A stretch of 64,000 bases of DNA from an uncultured Nitrososphaeria archaeon (GTDB lineage Archaea > Thermoproteota > Nitrososphaeria > Geothermarchaeales > JDFR-13). The stretch spans positions 2,350 through 66,349 of the forward strand of contig CAYTHX010000007.1 of the NCBI GenBank assembly GCA_964437705.1. The letters are read 5' to 3'. A model generated the notes under the pieces. That model saw nothing but the letters and a program-made list of their open reading frames with translations. It did no database searches and was not told the DNA's origin. Position numbers and translations under genes: made by a program. This document shows positions 40,050 to 51,515 of the stretch, one piece after another. How positions within the stretch are numbered: the stretch's first letter is position 1; the number at the start of each line of letters is the position of its first letter.

Positions 40050-41399
40050 TCACTTGTCTAAGAATTGGTATATTTCTTTCTTCATCTCTAATACCATTTC
40101 CTCTGCTCGTTTCCTACTTTTTGATTCTCCAAATATCCTAATGATAGGTTCTGTTCCACTTGGTCTAACGAGAACCCATTCATCATCCTTAAAAAATATT
40201 TTGACACCTTCTGTAGTGTCTATCTTAAATTTCGAGAACTTATTATAAAGATGTTTAATTAAAAGCTCTGCAGTACGTTTATCCTTGATCATAACTTTAT
40301 CCTTTACTTGATGGTATTTAGGAAGCTCACCTAATAGCCGTGATAGTGGTTTATTATAGTGTTTTAGTATCCTAAGTATCAATACTAGAGTTATTCCCCC
40401 ATCTCTACCATATACGTGTTTTCCATATATTCCACCGCCATTTTCTTCAAATCCCCATACACTATTATGATTAATCATTTCCTTAACAATATTCTTACCG
40501 CCAACTTTTGTCCTAATTACTTTTCCGCCGACATTTTCGATTACTATCTCCGTAGCTATTGTTGACGTAATTGGTGTTACAACATACTTTGTTTCACCAA
40601 TTTCAACTAGATACTTACCTATTAGTATTCCAGTAGCATCACCCCACCATGCTATCCCCTTTTCATCTACGAAGATTGCTCTATCACCATCCCCATCAAA
40701 TGCCACCCCAAAATCTAATTTCTTAGACTGAACAAGTTGCTGTAATTTTCCTAGATTATCAGGTCTGGGCTCTGGAGGTCTTAATTTAAATAGCGGGTCG
40801 AGAGTATCATTGATATAATAGCTATTTACCTCCAATCTCTCAAGAAGATATGGTATCGTAAAAATTGAGGCACAACCTGCTAAATCTACACCTACATTCC
40901 ATTTACTACTATTAACATAATGTTCTAGTACTTTATCTACATAATACTTGCATACATGTTTATCAGGTAAATGTTGAATGGCACCCACGCTATCCCACTG
41001 GATATTTACTTTCTCTTCTAATGCTTTCTCAATTTTTTCCTCGGTGTCTGGATAGCTTTCCAAGCCACTACCTAGAAAAACCTTAAAGCCGTTATACTGC
41101 GGTGGGTTATGACTTGCAGTAACCATTATACCATAATCATATCTCTCAGTATATGTAACATATGTTTGTAATGCTGGTGTTGTAACTAATCCAGCCATAT
41201 CTACAGTAATGTTACAAGAAGCTATGGCTGAGGCTAAACTATAGCTTAAAATCTTTGAAGATGTTCTGCAATCCCACCCAATAACTACTTTTTTGGGCAG
41301 TAACCTAGAAATTGCATATCCTAGTTTTATTGCAAATATTGCATCTAAATTTTCTCCAAATATTCCTCTTATTCCTGAGGTGCCAAATAATCGTCTCAA
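40050..41399 (-). CDS. Phosphohexomutase (PMM/PGM family)
   Basis: FGTSGIRG, TASHNP, FDGDGDR, GFEENGG, RPSGTEP. Confidence 0.95.
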   Translation of the reverse strand: MRRLFGTSGIRGIFGENLDAIFAIKLGYAISRLLPKKVVIGWDCRTSSKILSYSLASAIASCNITVDMAGLVTTPALQTYVTYTERYDYGIMVTASHNPPQYNGFKVFLGSGLESYPDTEEKIEKALEEKVNIQWDSVGAIQHLPDKHVCKYYVDKVLEHYVNSSKWNVGVDLAGCASIFTIPYLLERLEVNSYYINDTLDPLFKLRPPEPRPDNLGKLQQLVQSKKLDFGVAFDGDGDRAIFVDEKGIAWWGDATGILIGKYLVEIGETKYVVTPITSTIATEIVIENVGGKVIRTKVGGKNIVKEMINHNSVWGFEENGGGIYGKHVYGRDGGITLVLILRILKHYNKPLSRLLGELPKYHQVKDKVMIKDKRTAELLIKHLYNKFSKFKIDTTEGVKIFFKDDEWVLVRPSGTEPIIRIFGESKSRKRAEEMVLEMKKEIYQFLDK

Positions 41400-41536
41400 A
41401 TTTTATGCCCCTCAAAAATCTTCAATGCTGAAATAAATTATTTTTAATTTCATAATTTTTGTATTTAATCTTGAAATTCTGATATATTCATAAGGATTTG
41501 ATTATAATAAATTAAAATAGTGCCTAATTAAACTTT

Positions 41537-42451
41537 ATGGTAGTTATGAAAATACTAATTACAGATCCTGTTCCTGAACGCTTAGTAATAGAGTTGTCTT
41601 CAGAGGGTTATAAAGTTGAGTACAAGCCTAACATTACATATGACCAGCTTCAAGAAGAGATATTAGATACCGAGGTTCTAGTTGTGAGAGGTAGACTTAA
41701 AATTGACAAACCCTTACTAGAAAAAGCGAATAATCTCAAAAAGATCATAAGATTCGGTGTTGGGCTCGATAATATCGACGTTGTATATGCAAAGAATCAC
41801 GGAATTAAGGTTTATAATATCCCTGGTGCATTTGTCGAAGCCGTTGCCGAACTTACCCTGGCTTTAATTCTTGGAATTTTAAGAGGTGTGGGAGAGGCTC
41901 ATTACTCAATGAAATCTGGGCATTGGATAAAGAAGAAGTTAATAGGTAAAGAATTATATGGAAAAACTGTTGGAATTATTGGCTTTGGGAGAATTGGAAG
42001 AAGGTTATATGAATTACTAAAACCATTTTCAGTAAATGTATTAGTATACAGTTCAAGTAAGATTCCAAAGAAGTATATAGATGAGGGTGTAGTTCAGGTA
42101 GATAGTTTATATGAAATAGCTGAAAATTGTGATATAATCTCTATTCATGTTCCTCTTACGAAGGAGACAAGAGGAATGCTTAATGAAGAATTTTTCGCGA
42201 AATGTAAAGATAATGTATTTGTAATAAATACGTCAAGAGGTGAAGTTATCGATAAGCGTGCACTATTTAAATTCATTAAAAGTGGTAAAATTGGAGGTAT
42301 AGCCCTCGATGTGTATTGGGAAGAGCCATTTCAAGATAAGGACTTTCTATCTCTAAGCAACGTATTATTTACTCCTCACATTGGTGCGCAAACCGAGGAA
42401 GCACGTGAAAAAGCTGTAGATGAAGTCATAAAAATTATTAAAGAGGGGTAG
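41537..42451 (+). CDS. D-isomer 2-hydroxyacid dehydrogenase (SerA-like)
   Basis: GVGLDNID, GIIGFGRIG, INTSRG, DVYWEEP, TPHIGAQT. Confidence 0.9.
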   Translation: MVVMKILITDPVPERLVIELSSEGYKVEYKPNITYDQLQEEILDTEVLVVRGRLKIDKPLLEKANNLKKIIRFGVGLDNIDVVYAKNHGIKVYNIPGAFVEAVAELTLALILGILRGVGEAHYSMKSGHWIKKKLIGKELYGKTVGIIGFGRIGRRLYELLKPFSVNVLVYSSSKIPKKYIDEGVVQVDSLYEIAENCDIISIHVPLTKETRGMLNEEFFAKCKDNVFVINTSRGEVIDKRALFKFIKSGKIGGIALDVYWEEPFQDKDFLSLSNVLFTPHIGAQTEEAREKAVDEVIKIIKEG

Positions 42452-42485
42452 GCATGTAATTCATAATGTGAGGTGAACTATTTAG

Positions 42486-42920
42486 ATGTATAAGTATATT
42501 TCAAAGACGTGGAGAGCTATTTGGAGTGATCCAAAGTTTAAAGCATATTTAACATACAAAAGGATGCTGTGGAGAAGAGGGAAAACTGTAGAGAGAGTTG
42601 AGAAACCAAGTCGTCTTGACAAAGCTAGGATGTTAGGATATCGTGCGAAGCAAGGATATGTTGTTGTTAGAGTTAGAGTTAGGAAAGGAGGATTAAGTAA
42701 GATACCGCCTACACTTGGTAGAAGACAAAAGAGAATGGGTATCTCCAAAATTAAAAGAGGTCTCTCTTCGCAGGAAATCGCTGAAATGCGGGCAAAGAGA
42801 AAGTTTAGGAACCTAACTGTTCTAGGATCCTACTATCTCGGCGAAGATGGAAAGTATATCTGGTATGAAGTTATTATGGCGGATAAGCACCATCCAGCTG
42901 TCCAGTCTGTTAAGAGCTGA
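42486..42920 (+). CDS. rpl15e: 50S ribosomal protein L15e (short form)
   Basis: RLDKARMLGYRAKQG, RVRVRKGG, LGSYY..EDG.Y.WYEV. Confidence 0.95.
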   Translation: MYKYISKTWRAIWSDPKFKAYLTYKRMLWRRGKTVERVEKPSRLDKARMLGYRAKQGYVVVRVRVRKGGLSKIPPTLGRRQKRMGISKIKRGLSSQEIAEMRAKRKFRNLTVLGSYYLGEDGKYIWYEVIMADKHHPAVQSVKS

Positions 42921-44175
42921 ACCCCTGTAATATAGGGTTTTCAGGCTTAAAGATTTCTCTTAGTAATATTGTAACATAGCAACCTTTATCTAGTACTGCG
43001 TTGATATGCACGTTATTTTTTCCAGTTATTAGTGAGTTAAAGTATATCTCCATTGATGCCTGTCTAAATCCGCCACTAAGGCTAAATTCTTCTGCTTCTT
43101 TAATGTAAAAGTCTTTTAGGGTCAGCTCTCTCTCTTTCAATATCCTTTTCTCAATTTCTCCTTGTTCTCCATAAGGCATTTTATATGCATAGCCAAATAG
43201 GGGTAATAGTAGCCTCAGTTTAAACCTTTTTGTTGAAGCATCTGCAATTGTAATCTCTTCAGAAAGTTTACTATAGCCATACTCTCCTGGTAGAGGATGC
43301 TCGATTGGTAATCCTCTTAATACTCTTTCGCTTACTAAAATATTAAATAGGTAAGATTGGAATGATTGAACAAGTAGTCTTCTAAGCTTTAATGGTAATC
43401 TTCTTAAGGCCCCTAGATAATTGTTCGGTTTTTCAAGTAGGTATGTAAGCATAAGCTTCTCGTAATATAAGCCTGGTGGTATAGCTTTAAGAGCGGATTT
43501 AAAGTCAAGTCTATCTTTAAGTTCTTTTCGCCAGTTCGTATATATATCAGGTTCAAATGGTGATGTGTATGTCAAATATAGTAGAACAGCCTCTTTAAAC
43601 TTCCTCTTAATAATTAACTCCCCAATTATATGATTTACAAGTCGTAAACCGCCAAATCTCTGGTATCCGAAATAATTCGGTATAGTAATTGAAGTATTGG
43701 ACAAAAGGCTTAATGCCTCTCTATTAATATTTTTGCAGGATACTTTTATTTCAAAAAAATTTCGGTACTTTTTTCTTAAATCCTTAGGTCTAATGAATCC
43801 CAGAACCTTAAATCTTCCTTTGCCTACTGTAATATTTTTTCGTATGAAAAAATGTTGGATAGCCGTTGCCCTCGAATCTTTGATACCTAAGAAAACTAAA
43901 TCTTTTTCTCTTAATCCTAGTTTCCTTGATAAGTCTCTTCTAAATGTTAATGTATCCATTCCCCACTTTTTCTGAACCATTAAAATAACAAACTCATGAA
44001 GTTTTCGTTTTCTTTTAATTTTTGCTAGTATTTCTTTATCTAATAACTCAATAACGATAAAGTCATTTTCTTTCTCTCTACACCTACATAATTGTCCTAA
44101 TGGAGGTATATTGGAAAGGAAGTATGTAGTCATTCCTACTTCGATGTCAGTTGACGGTACCATGCTCATTTTCAT
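42910..44175 (-). CDS. truD: tRNA pseudouridine(13) synthase TruD/Pus7
   Basis: ENDFIVIE, GIKDSRA, PNYFGYQRFG, QSFQSYLFN, KGCYVTILLRE. Confidence 0.93.
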   Translation of the reverse strand: MKMSMVPSTDIEVGMTTYFLSNIPPLGQLCRCREKENDFIVIELLDKEILAKIKRKRKLHEFVILMVQKKWGMDTLTFRRDLSRKLGLREKDLVFLGIKDSRATAIQHFFIRKNITVGKGRFKVLGFIRPKDLRKKYRNFFEIKVSCKNINREALSLLSNTSITIPNYFGYQRFGGLRLVNHIIGELIIKRKFKEAVLLYLTYTSPFEPDIYTNWRKELKDRLDFKSALKAIPPGLYYEKLMLTYLLEKPNNYLGALRRLPLKLRRLLVQSFQSYLFNILVSERVLRGLPIEHPLPGEYGYSKLSEEITIADASTKRFKLRLLLPLFGYAYKMPYGEQGEIEKRILKERELTLKDFYIKEAEEFSLSGGFRQASMEIYFNSLITGKNNVHINAVLDKGCYVTILLREIFKPENPILQGFSS

Positions 44176-44233
44176 AAACTCAAAAATCCCCTGGCTTTAC
44201 ATTTGCAGAAAATTAGTACTATGTTAATATTAC

Positions 44234-44608
44234 TTAGAGTAAAGGAAGTTTTCCTGTGATACTATCTATAGCCTCAGTAGGTGCTGGTCCAATACCTATA
44301 CATGTTATCGTCCCTGGTGGTATTTCTGTTCTTCCAGCGTCCTTAATTATGGATACAGGCAATTTTTTTCTCAAGGCATCATTATATATTCGAAGTAAGT
44401 CATCAAGGGTAGCTACTTTACACACAATTTTAGGCTGTCCCTCCCTAATCCACCCTTCCGTCCACCGTCTACTACTATTCGATGCTTGTATATATGATGA
44501 AACCGCTGCGTGTGCTACTTGAACAGCCAGTTTTCCTTTACTCATTTTAATATCTGTTCGAACTACAATTACTTGTTTAAACTGATAATGTTGGTTGTGT
44601 GTCATCAA
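44234..44608 (-). CDS. pth2: Peptidyl-tRNA hydrolase Pth2
   Basis: KQVIVVRTDIKMSKGKLAVQVAHA, DAGRTEI, GIGPAP. Confidence 0.97.
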   Translation of the reverse strand: MMTHNQHYQFKQVIVVRTDIKMSKGKLAVQVAHAAVSSYIQASNSSRRWTEGWIREGQPKIVCKVATLDDLLRIYNDALRKKLPVSIIKDAGRTEIPPGTITCIGIGPAPTEAIDSITGKLPLL

Positions 44609-44776
44609 AATCTAATAATCTATGGCGATTAATGTGTATTATTGGCCCGAAAAACTGAATGGTTGCTTGAATGATCATAGAAATCCTTAAATAAAACTTA
44701 TCTATGAATAATTGCATTGACGTGCTTTCCTTAAATTTTTACCTTTAAGAGTAAATTAGATAATGATGGAGTTTAT

Positions 44777-45916
44777 ATGCAAGTATTAGTAGTAGGTGGA
44801 GGACTAAGTGGGCTATTTCTATCTAACCTACTACTAAGAAGAGGAGTTCGAGTTAGAGTTATTGAGGAGGATCCTCATATTGGTAAACCTCAACATTGTG
44901 CTGGAGTTGTAAGTCCTAATGCAATTCGTATCTTAGGTAATATACTGGGCAATAGAGAACTAAAGCGGGAGGTTATAGTAAATAGGATAAGATCACTAAC
45001 TATTTCCATTTCTACTTTATTCAAAGGAGAGTATCATAATACAAAGGAAGTGTATATAATAAATAGAGAGCGACTTGAAAATATTCTTGCATCTAAAATC
45101 ATAGCAGATGGTGGAGAGTTAGTACTAGGAAGGAGATTAAGTCTTGTACGTTCCGGTGGGAACACCGTCAAAATTGATAGTACAGATATTGATGAGATCG
45201 AGAAGAAATATGATTATATTGTTATTGCGGTTGGAGCGTTAGGTGCGCTTTTAAGAAAAGGTATTAAGAAAATTTTCCCATCCTATCAAGTTGATATAAA
45301 AGATACAACTATGGATGAAGAAAATATAGAAGTATTTGTTGATAAGGACCTAAATCCCTATTTCTTTATGTGGAGTATTCCGCTGGGTAATGGTACAGTT
45401 AGAGTAGGAACGGCAGGTAGAAATCCTCATAAAATTGTTAACCATCACTTAAAAAGGCATTATGGTGATAATAGCTATAAATATAAAATTACTAACAAAT
45501 ACTTTGGGCATATTGTTTTAACAGGACCAGTTACCCCTTTTTACAGTGGAAAATATATTTATATTGGTGATACTGCTGGCCAAACTAAAGTGACAACTGG
45601 AGGTGGTATTTATTATTTACTAATGGCAGCTAATTTTTTAGCACATTGTATTATAAGTGGCGATATTAACAATTATCAATTAATGTGGTTAAGTAATTTT
45701 AAAGAGGAATTAATATTACAAAAACTACTTAGAAGACTTTTTCTATTGTTGAATAATCAGCAAATATATTCATTGGTACTCTCTCTACAGAAACATAGGC
45801 TTATAGATGGCTTTTTATCCTATGGAGATGTAGATAGACATGGACAAAGTTTTATACGTTATTTAGTAAATAAGTTTATGCCTAAATTTTTAAGTAAGCA
45901 TAGAGAAGTGGATTAA
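44777..45916 (+). CDS. Geranylgeranyl reductase family FAD oxidoreductase
   Basis: [32 protein letters not shown]. Confidence 0.85.
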   Translation: MQVLVVGGGLSGLFLSNLLLRRGVRVRVIEEDPHIGKPQHCAGVVSPNAIRILGNILGNRELKREVIVNRIRSLTISISTLFKGEYHNTKEVYIINRERLENILASKIIADGGELVLGRRLSLVRSGGNTVKIDSTDIDEIEKKYDYIVIAVGALGALLRKGIKKIFPSYQVDIKDTTMDEENIEVFVDKDLNPYFFMWSIPLGNGTVRVGTAGRNPHKIVNHHLKRHYGDNSYKYKITNKYFGHIVLTGPVTPFYSGKYIYIGDTAGQTKVTTGGGIYYLLMAANFLAHCIISGDINNYQLMWLSNFKEELILQKLLRRLFLLLNNQQIYSLVLSLQKHRLIDGFLSYGDVDRHGQSFIRYLVNKFMPKFLSKHREVD

Positions 45917-45929
45917 TGAACATAGAAGG

Positions 45930-46121
45930 GTGTTATCTTTAATGTCAGAAGCATATGTTCCACCCAAATGTACATCGTGTAATAAGGTTATAACACATTA
46001 CGAGCTATCTGTAAAATTTTATTGCCCTAACTGCGGTAAAGCGATTATATGGCGGTGCGAAAAATGCAGAAAATTTTCAAGAAAGTATGTTTGCCCTAGT
46101 TGTGGTTTTGAGGGGCCTTAG
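45930..46121 (+). CDS. Zn-finger protein, DUF1610/HVO_2753-like
   Basis: CTSC...FYCPNCG...WRCEKCR...[11 protein letters not shown]; conserved upstream of aEF1b. Confidence 0.92.
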   Translation: MLSLMSEAYVPPKCTSCNKVITHYELSVKFYCPNCGKAIIWRCEKCRKFSRKYVCPSCGFEGP

Positions 46122-46137
46122 GTGGTGACGTTTAGAA

Positions 46138-46410
46138 ATGGCAAAAGTGAACATTATATATAGGATATTGCCTAAGGAAGTTGGTGATGATTTTCTGAAC
46201 TCGATAATTAATGAATTGAAGGAAAAACTAGAAGAACAGGGATTTGAATTACTAGATTATAAGCATGAACCTATTGCTTTTGGTCTAAAAGCTTTGCTTA
46301 TTCTTGTATCGGTTGCTGAAGAGGAGGGTGTATTACAGAAGGTAGAGAATATAATTAATTCCATCGACAAAATAAGTAACTGGGAAGTTGTCCGCTTAAC
46401 ACGGTACTAG
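46138..46410 (+). CDS. ef1b: Elongation factor 1-beta
   Basis: RILPKE...EPIAFGLKAL. Confidence 0.93.
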   Translation: MAKVNIIYRILPKEVGDDFLNSIINELKEKLEEQGFELLDYKHEPIAFGLKALLILVSVAEEEGVLQKVENIINSIDKISNWEVVRLTRY

Positions 46411-46812
46411 AAAAATGCTATGTTCTAGCTATTTAGTTGAAATATTTAAGATTCTAACTTAAATCTCTTAATGTACTTGTTTTTATCTTAGGCTAAAAAC
46501 AGCTTAAAAGGTGTTTTTAGAAACGCTAGAGGACTAGAAGTATTTATGGTTATTCATAACTCTTATATAAAAGCTAAGATTAATATATGGAAATTTTACT
46601 AGAATAACTATGTTAGCATGATAAGTATTTTTGGATAATTTACTACTATACGAATTTAATAATTCTTTATTTTTTGGGTAATACTCAGCTTTTGCTTGAT
46701 TTTATTCTAAAGATTCCTCGAAATTATCTCAAAACTAATTTAATTTAAGATGTTCCATTTATTTAGTTACTTGATTTTTTAGTTAAATATAGGTAAAAGA
46801 TATTTAGAGATA

Positions 46813-49032
46813 TTGAAAGGAAGTTTAGGTGGGTTATATAATATGAAGGGTATCGTGGATAGGGAGCAGCAAAGGGTTCAATTAAGAGTAAAAGAGGCGC
46901 TACCAAAAGATTTCGGTAGAGGTAGGGTCAGAATATCACGCAGAGTAATGGCTATTTTAAGAGTGAAGGAAGGAGATGTTGTGCTTGTTGAAAGAAAAAG
47001 AAGCGCTGTAGCCGTTGCTTGGTTACTTCCAGAGGAGTATGATGATGACATCATCCTGATGGATCGGGAAATGAGAAGTAATACGGGTGCTGGTATTGAT
47101 GATGTTGTTTGGGTTAGAAAAGCTAATGTGAAAGAAGCTAGTAAGATATTACTAGCACCTGTAGATACTAGGATAGATGTTGACCATGGACTTGAAGGTG
47201 TTATACACTCACGATTATTAAATCGTCCAGTTCTCAAGGGCAATAATATCATTTTAAATCTATTTGGTAGTTACTTGACGTTTAGAGTTAGGAAAACGGT
47301 TCCATTAGGTCCTGTAATAATAAGGGAGAGAACAAGAATAATTGTTTCACGGGAACCTGTAAGCGAGCATATCGATGAAATGGATGTAAGGTATGAGGAC
47401 ATAGGCGGTTTGCATCGTGAGATTGAAAAAATCAGAGAGATGGTGGAGTTGCCACTTAGATATCCGGAATTATTTAAGAGGTTAGGTATAGATCCGCCTA
47501 AGGGAGTACTGCTTTATGGCCCTCCAGGTTGTGGAAAAACATTACTTGCAAAAGCTGTTGCTAACGAATCAGAAGCTAATTTCTTCGCTATTAATGGTCC
47601 TGAAATTACAAGCAAATATTACGGTGAGTCAGAAGCTAAATTAAGGGAAATATTTAAAAAAGCTGAGGAAAATGCACCAAGCATTATATTTATAGACGAA
47701 TTAGATGCAATTGCTCCAAAAAGAGAGGAAGTAACTGGTGAAGCAGAAAAAAGAGTGGTTGCTCAGTTATTAACACTAATGGATGGTCTCAAAAGTAGAG
47801 GCCAAGTTATTGTTATAGCAGCAACAAATAGAGTGGACGCGATAGACCCGGCACTTAGAAGACCTGGACGTTTTGATAGAGAGATTGAGATACGAATACC
47901 AGACGAAAAAGGTAGATTGGAAATTCTACAGATTCACACAAGAGGGATGCCTTTATCTGACGACGTTGATCTTAAGAAATTAGCAAGTATTACTCATGGG
48001 TATACGGGTGCAGATTTAGCAGCACTATGTAAGGAAGCTGCTATGAAAGCCTTAAAGCGATACCTACCCTTAATTGATATGGAATCTGGTATAATACCCA
48101 AGGAACTATTAGATAAAATGGTCGTTACGATGGAGGACTTTATGAATGCATATAGGGAAATTGTCCCAACCGCGATGAGGGAAGTTGAGATCTCTATACC
48201 TAATGTTAAATGGGAGGATATAGGTGGGCTTGAGGATGTAAAGAAACAGTTAAGAGAGGTTGTAGAATGGCCACTTAAATATCCAGATAAATTTAGAAGG
48301 ATGGGTATAACTCCACCTAAAGGTATACTACTCTATGGCCCACCGGGTACTGGAAAGACTCTCTTAGCACAAGCAATTGCATCAGAAACGAATATGAACT
48401 TTATAGCCATAAAAGGTCCTGAGCTACTATCAAAATGGGTTGGTGAGTCAGAAAAGGGTATAAGGCGTGTATTTAAGCGAGCACGTATGGCCGCACCAGC
48501 AATAATATTTTTTGACGAAATCGAAGCATTGGTGCCTCAACGAGGGTTAGACGTAAGTGGAGTGATGGACAGAGTTATTAGCCAATTTTTAACAGAACTA
48601 GATGGAATTAGTAGGTTATCCGATGTTATTGTTATAGGTGCTACTAATAGACCGGATCTGATAGATCGTGCATTATTGAGACCTGGAAGAATGGATCTAT
48701 TAATTTACGTGCCCCCGCCGGATAAGCAAGCGAGATATCATATACTTAAGATTCATACTAGAAATATGAAGCTAGCTAGTGATATAGATCTTACGCATAT
48801 TGCTGAGATTACTGAATACTATACCGGAGCAGATTTAGCCGCTGTTGTAAGAGAGGCTGCCATGAATGCTTTAAGAAGAAATCTTGATGCTGAAGAGGTT
48901 ACTATGGCTGATTTTCTAAATGCACTTTCGAAGATAGGTCCATCGCTAAATGAAAAAATCGTATCATGGTACGAAGACTATACTAAAAAAATTGTTGCTA
49001 AACGTATGAATTTGCCTATGGCTATAACATAA
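46813..49032 (+). CDS. cdc48: CDC48/VCP AAA+ ATPase (start may lie slightly downstream)
   Basis: N domain plus two AAA modules: [14 protein letters not shown] and [14 protein letters not shown]; RPGRFD. Confidence 0.97.
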   Translation: MKGSLGGLYNMKGIVDREQQRVQLRVKEALPKDFGRGRVRISRRVMAILRVKEGDVVLVERKRSAVAVAWLLPEEYDDDIILMDREMRSNTGAGIDDVVWVRKANVKEASKILLAPVDTRIDVDHGLEGVIHSRLLNRPVLKGNNIILNLFGSYLTFRVRKTVPLGPVIIRERTRIIVSREPVSEHIDEMDVRYEDIGGLHREIEKIREMVELPLRYPELFKRLGIDPPKGVLLYGPPGCGKTLLAKAVANESEANFFAINGPEITSKYYGESEAKLREIFKKAEENAPSIIFIDELDAIAPKREEVTGEAEKRVVAQLLTLMDGLKSRGQVIVIAATNRVDAIDPALRRPGRFDREIEIRIPDEKGRLEILQIHTRGMPLSDDVDLKKLASITHGYTGADLAALCKEAAMKALKRYLPLIDMESGIIPKELLDKMVVTMEDFMNAYREIVPTAMREVEISIPNVKWEDIGGLEDVKKQLREVVEWPLKYPDKFRRMGITPPKGILLYGPPGTGKTLLAQAIASETNMNFIAIKGPELLSKWVGESEKGIRRVFKRARMAAPAIIFFDEIEALVPQRGLDVSGVMDRVISQFLTELDGISRLSDVIVIGATNRPDLIDRALLRPGRMDLLIYVPPPDKQARYHILKIHTRNMKLASDIDLTHIAEITEYYTGADLAAVVREAAMNALRRNLDAEEVTMADFLNALSKIGPSLNEKIVSWYEDYTKKIVAKRMNLPMAIT

Positions 49033-49179
49033 CTGACATAATAGTTTCTTTTGATTACGGTATTATCTTTATCTTTATGTTCTTTATGTGTTAGTTTTCC
49101 TATGTGGCTAGTTTAGTCGGGGTTTTTCTTCAAGATACTTTTTATTTTACTGCTGCTGAATCAATAATGGAGGATTGAA

Positions 49180-49398
49180 ATGGAGTGGAGTAAAAAACCT
49201 GTTCACACAATAATATATTCAATTGTAGAGAGTAAGAAAAATATTCTACTAAGTGAATTAGTGAGAAGCATTAAAGAAGTGATTGATGATGTAAGTGAAA
49301 GTGAAATTAGAAAAGAGTTACTTAAGCTTGAGATATGGGGTAAAATTGCTGTGGAGACTGAGGGAAGCACATGTAGGATAATTCTAAGGGGTGACTAG
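49180..49398 (+). CDS. Small winged-helix-like protein
   Basis: 72 aa, GGAGG SD, HTH-like pattern ELLKLEIWGKIAV; overlaps the fen1 start. Confidence 0.7.
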   Translation: MEWSKKPVHTIIYSIVESKKNILLSELVRSIKEVIDDVSESEIRKELLKLEIWGKIAVETEGSTCRIILRGD

Positions 49399-50422
49399 TT
49401 TGGGTGTTAATTTGACCCCTCTTATAAACCAATTTAAGATAAAAACTACCTTTAAGGATTTAGCAAATAAAATAATTGCGATAGACGCATACAATGCTAT
49501 CTACCAGTTTTTAACAATTATTAGGGATGCAATGGGTAGACCCTTGAGAGATCGACATGGAAACGTAACTAGTCATCTTAGTGGACTATTTTATAGAAAT
49601 GTAAACCTACTAATGGAAAATATTAAGTTGGTATATGTCTTTGACGGAGTTCCTCCGCAGCGTAAAATGAGAGAGTTATTAAAAAGAAAGGAGATTAAGG
49701 AGGAAAATTGGAAAAAGTATTTAAAGGCGTTAGAGGTAGGAGACTATAAAGAAGCTAGGAAATATGCTGCCCTAGCAAGTAAGATTGAAGATAGAATGGT
49801 AGAGGATGCTAAGAGATTATTGAGCTTAATGGGGATTCCTGTAGTTCAAGCGCCAAGTGAAGCAGAAGCGCAAGCAAGTTTTATGGCAAGAAAAGGTGAT
49901 GTCTGGGCCTCTGGCACTCAAGATTATGATTCCTTACTATTTGGATCACCCGTTGTAGTTAGAAATATTACACTGACAGGAAAACAAAGACTACCGAGTA
50001 AAGGAATTGAGGTAAAACTGGAGCCAGAGATAATCTTTCTTCAAGACGTATTAGATGGACTTAAAATTACGAGAGAACAACTAATTGACATTGGTATTCT
50101 TATAGGTACAGATTACAACGAGGGAATAAGAGGAATAGGCCCCAAAAAAGCGTACGAGCTTATAAAGAAATATGGTAGTATAGAAAGAATTCCGGAAGCT
50201 ATTAGGGAGATTGGTAGAGAAGAAATTATAGAAATTAAAGAGTTATTCTTGAACCCAAAAGTAACTATGGATTATAAATTAGACTTTAGTGAACCGGACT
50301 ATGATGGAATAATTAGCTTCTTATGTGATGAGCATGATTTCAATCGTGAGAGAGTGGAAAAAGCGCTTAACGAACTTAAAAAAGTAAAAGGTGTTAGTGC
50401 ATTAGATAAATGGTTTATATAA
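49391..50422 (+). CDS. fen: Flap endonuclease 1
   Basis: IDAYNAIYQFL, VFDG, APSEAEAQ, QDYDSLLFG, GTDYN, C-terminal PIP-like SALDKWF. Confidence 0.98.
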   Translation: MTSLGVNLTPLINQFKIKTTFKDLANKIIAIDAYNAIYQFLTIIRDAMGRPLRDRHGNVTSHLSGLFYRNVNLLMENIKLVYVFDGVPPQRKMRELLKRKEIKEENWKKYLKALEVGDYKEARKYAALASKIEDRMVEDAKRLLSLMGIPVVQAPSEAEAQASFMARKGDVWASGTQDYDSLLFGSPVVVRNITLTGKQRLPSKGIEVKLEPEIIFLQDVLDGLKITREQLIDIGILIGTDYNEGIRGIGPKKAYELIKKYGSIERIPEAIREIGREEIIEIKELFLNPKVTMDYKLDFSEPDYDGIISFLCDEHDFNRERVEKALNELKKVKGVSALDKWFI

Positions 50423-51108
50423 AAATGAAAAGAGACTATATAAACGAAAGGAGATTGTTAATTAGTAAGCTGATAAAAAGTGGTATATTAAAAACAAAAA
50501 GTTATGTAAACGTTATGCTGAAAGTGCCCAGACACTTATTTGTATGGCCTGGATATGAAGACTATGCATATGTTGATCATGCGCTTCCATTAGGTGATAC
50601 TGGTCAAACTATTTCTGCACCTCATATGTGTGCATATATATTAGAAGAGCTAAGGCCAAATGTCGGAGATTACATACTAGAAATTGGTGCTGGAAGTGGG
50701 TATCAAGCTGCTCTTTTAGCAGAAACAATTGCTCCTACCGGTCATGTAGTAACAATAGAAATTGTTGATGAGCTTGTGCAGTTTGCTAGAAAAAACCTCG
50801 AAAAAGCTGGCTATGAAGATAATGTTACTGTTATTAGGGGAGACGGAACTTTAGGATACCCACCTCTTTATGAGAAAGAGATTTATGATAAAATCTTAGT
50901 TACTGCCGCCGCTCCATATGTTCCTAAAATGCTTATTAAGCAGTTAAAAGTGGGAGGGCGTATCGTTATTCCGATAGGTAATTTGTATGTCCAAACTCTC
51001 ACTATCATCGAAAAACTAGAGGACAAAATTGTTAAGAGGGAAAGCATCGGATGTATGTTTGTCCCTTTAAGAGGGGCTAACGGATGGAAGACAAGGAAGC
51101 CATTATAA
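50410..51108 (+). CDS. pcm: Protein-L-isoaspartate O-methyltransferase
   Basis: QTISAPHM, LEIGAGSGYQAA, GDGTLG, FVPL. Confidence 0.95.
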   Translation: MVYIKMKRDYINERRLLISKLIKSGILKTKSYVNVMLKVPRHLFVWPGYEDYAYVDHALPLGDTGQTISAPHMCAYILEELRPNVGDYILEIGAGSGYQAALLAETIAPTGHVVTIEIVDELVQFARKNLEKAGYEDNVTVIRGDGTLGYPPLYEKEIYDKILVTAAAPYVPKMLIKQLKVGGRIVIPIGNLYVQTLTIIEKLEDKIVKRESIGCMFVPLRGANGWKTRKPL

Positions 51109-51515
51109 TATTTTCTGCCAACGGACATAGAAATATATTAGCAACACATAAATCTACGATGGAAATTACTAAAGATAACCATTTAACAAAACATGGAAAT
51201 TGTATTATTGGGGTAAAGTCTAGATTTGCAGTTTCGGACTTACCATCAGAATTCCTTACCATAATCAAACGTGATGATGTTAAGGTTACCTTTTTACTTG
51301 AGGCTGGAGGCTTTTATGATGAACTAACTGCCAAGGGATCTAAGGATTTACAATTGGGATCCGTAAGCTCTCTAGTTATAAGACGTTCCAATTATATAGA
51401 CGAAAGAACCATAGCTATATATGCAGATAAGGCAGCAATTAATATTGATAGAAATCTTATAAAGTACCTAAGATTAGGAGGAAAATTAAGGGTTACCATG
51501 TTTATCCAGGTATAG
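51084..51515 (+). CDS. DUF371 family protein
   Basis: GHRNILATHKSTMEITKD..LT..GNCIIGV, RRSNYIDERT, ADKAA. Confidence 0.9.
   Translation: MEDKEAIIIFSANGHRNILATHKSTMEITKDNHLTKHGNCIIGVKSRFAVSDLPSEFLTIIKRDDVKVTFLLEAGGFYDELTAKGSKDLQLGSVSSLVIRRSNYIDERTIAIYADKAAINIDRNLIKYLRLGGKLRVTMFIQV

Noticed and set aside
42918-42935. Possible UGA read-through (selenocysteine) extending rpl15e
   Set aside because: Read-through gives only TPVI before a TAG, has no similarity to the eL15 tail, and no SECIS-like element is evident.
46411-46812. Replication origin candidate
   Set aside because: No repeated ORB-like boxes and no cdc6/orc1 or whiP gene nearby.
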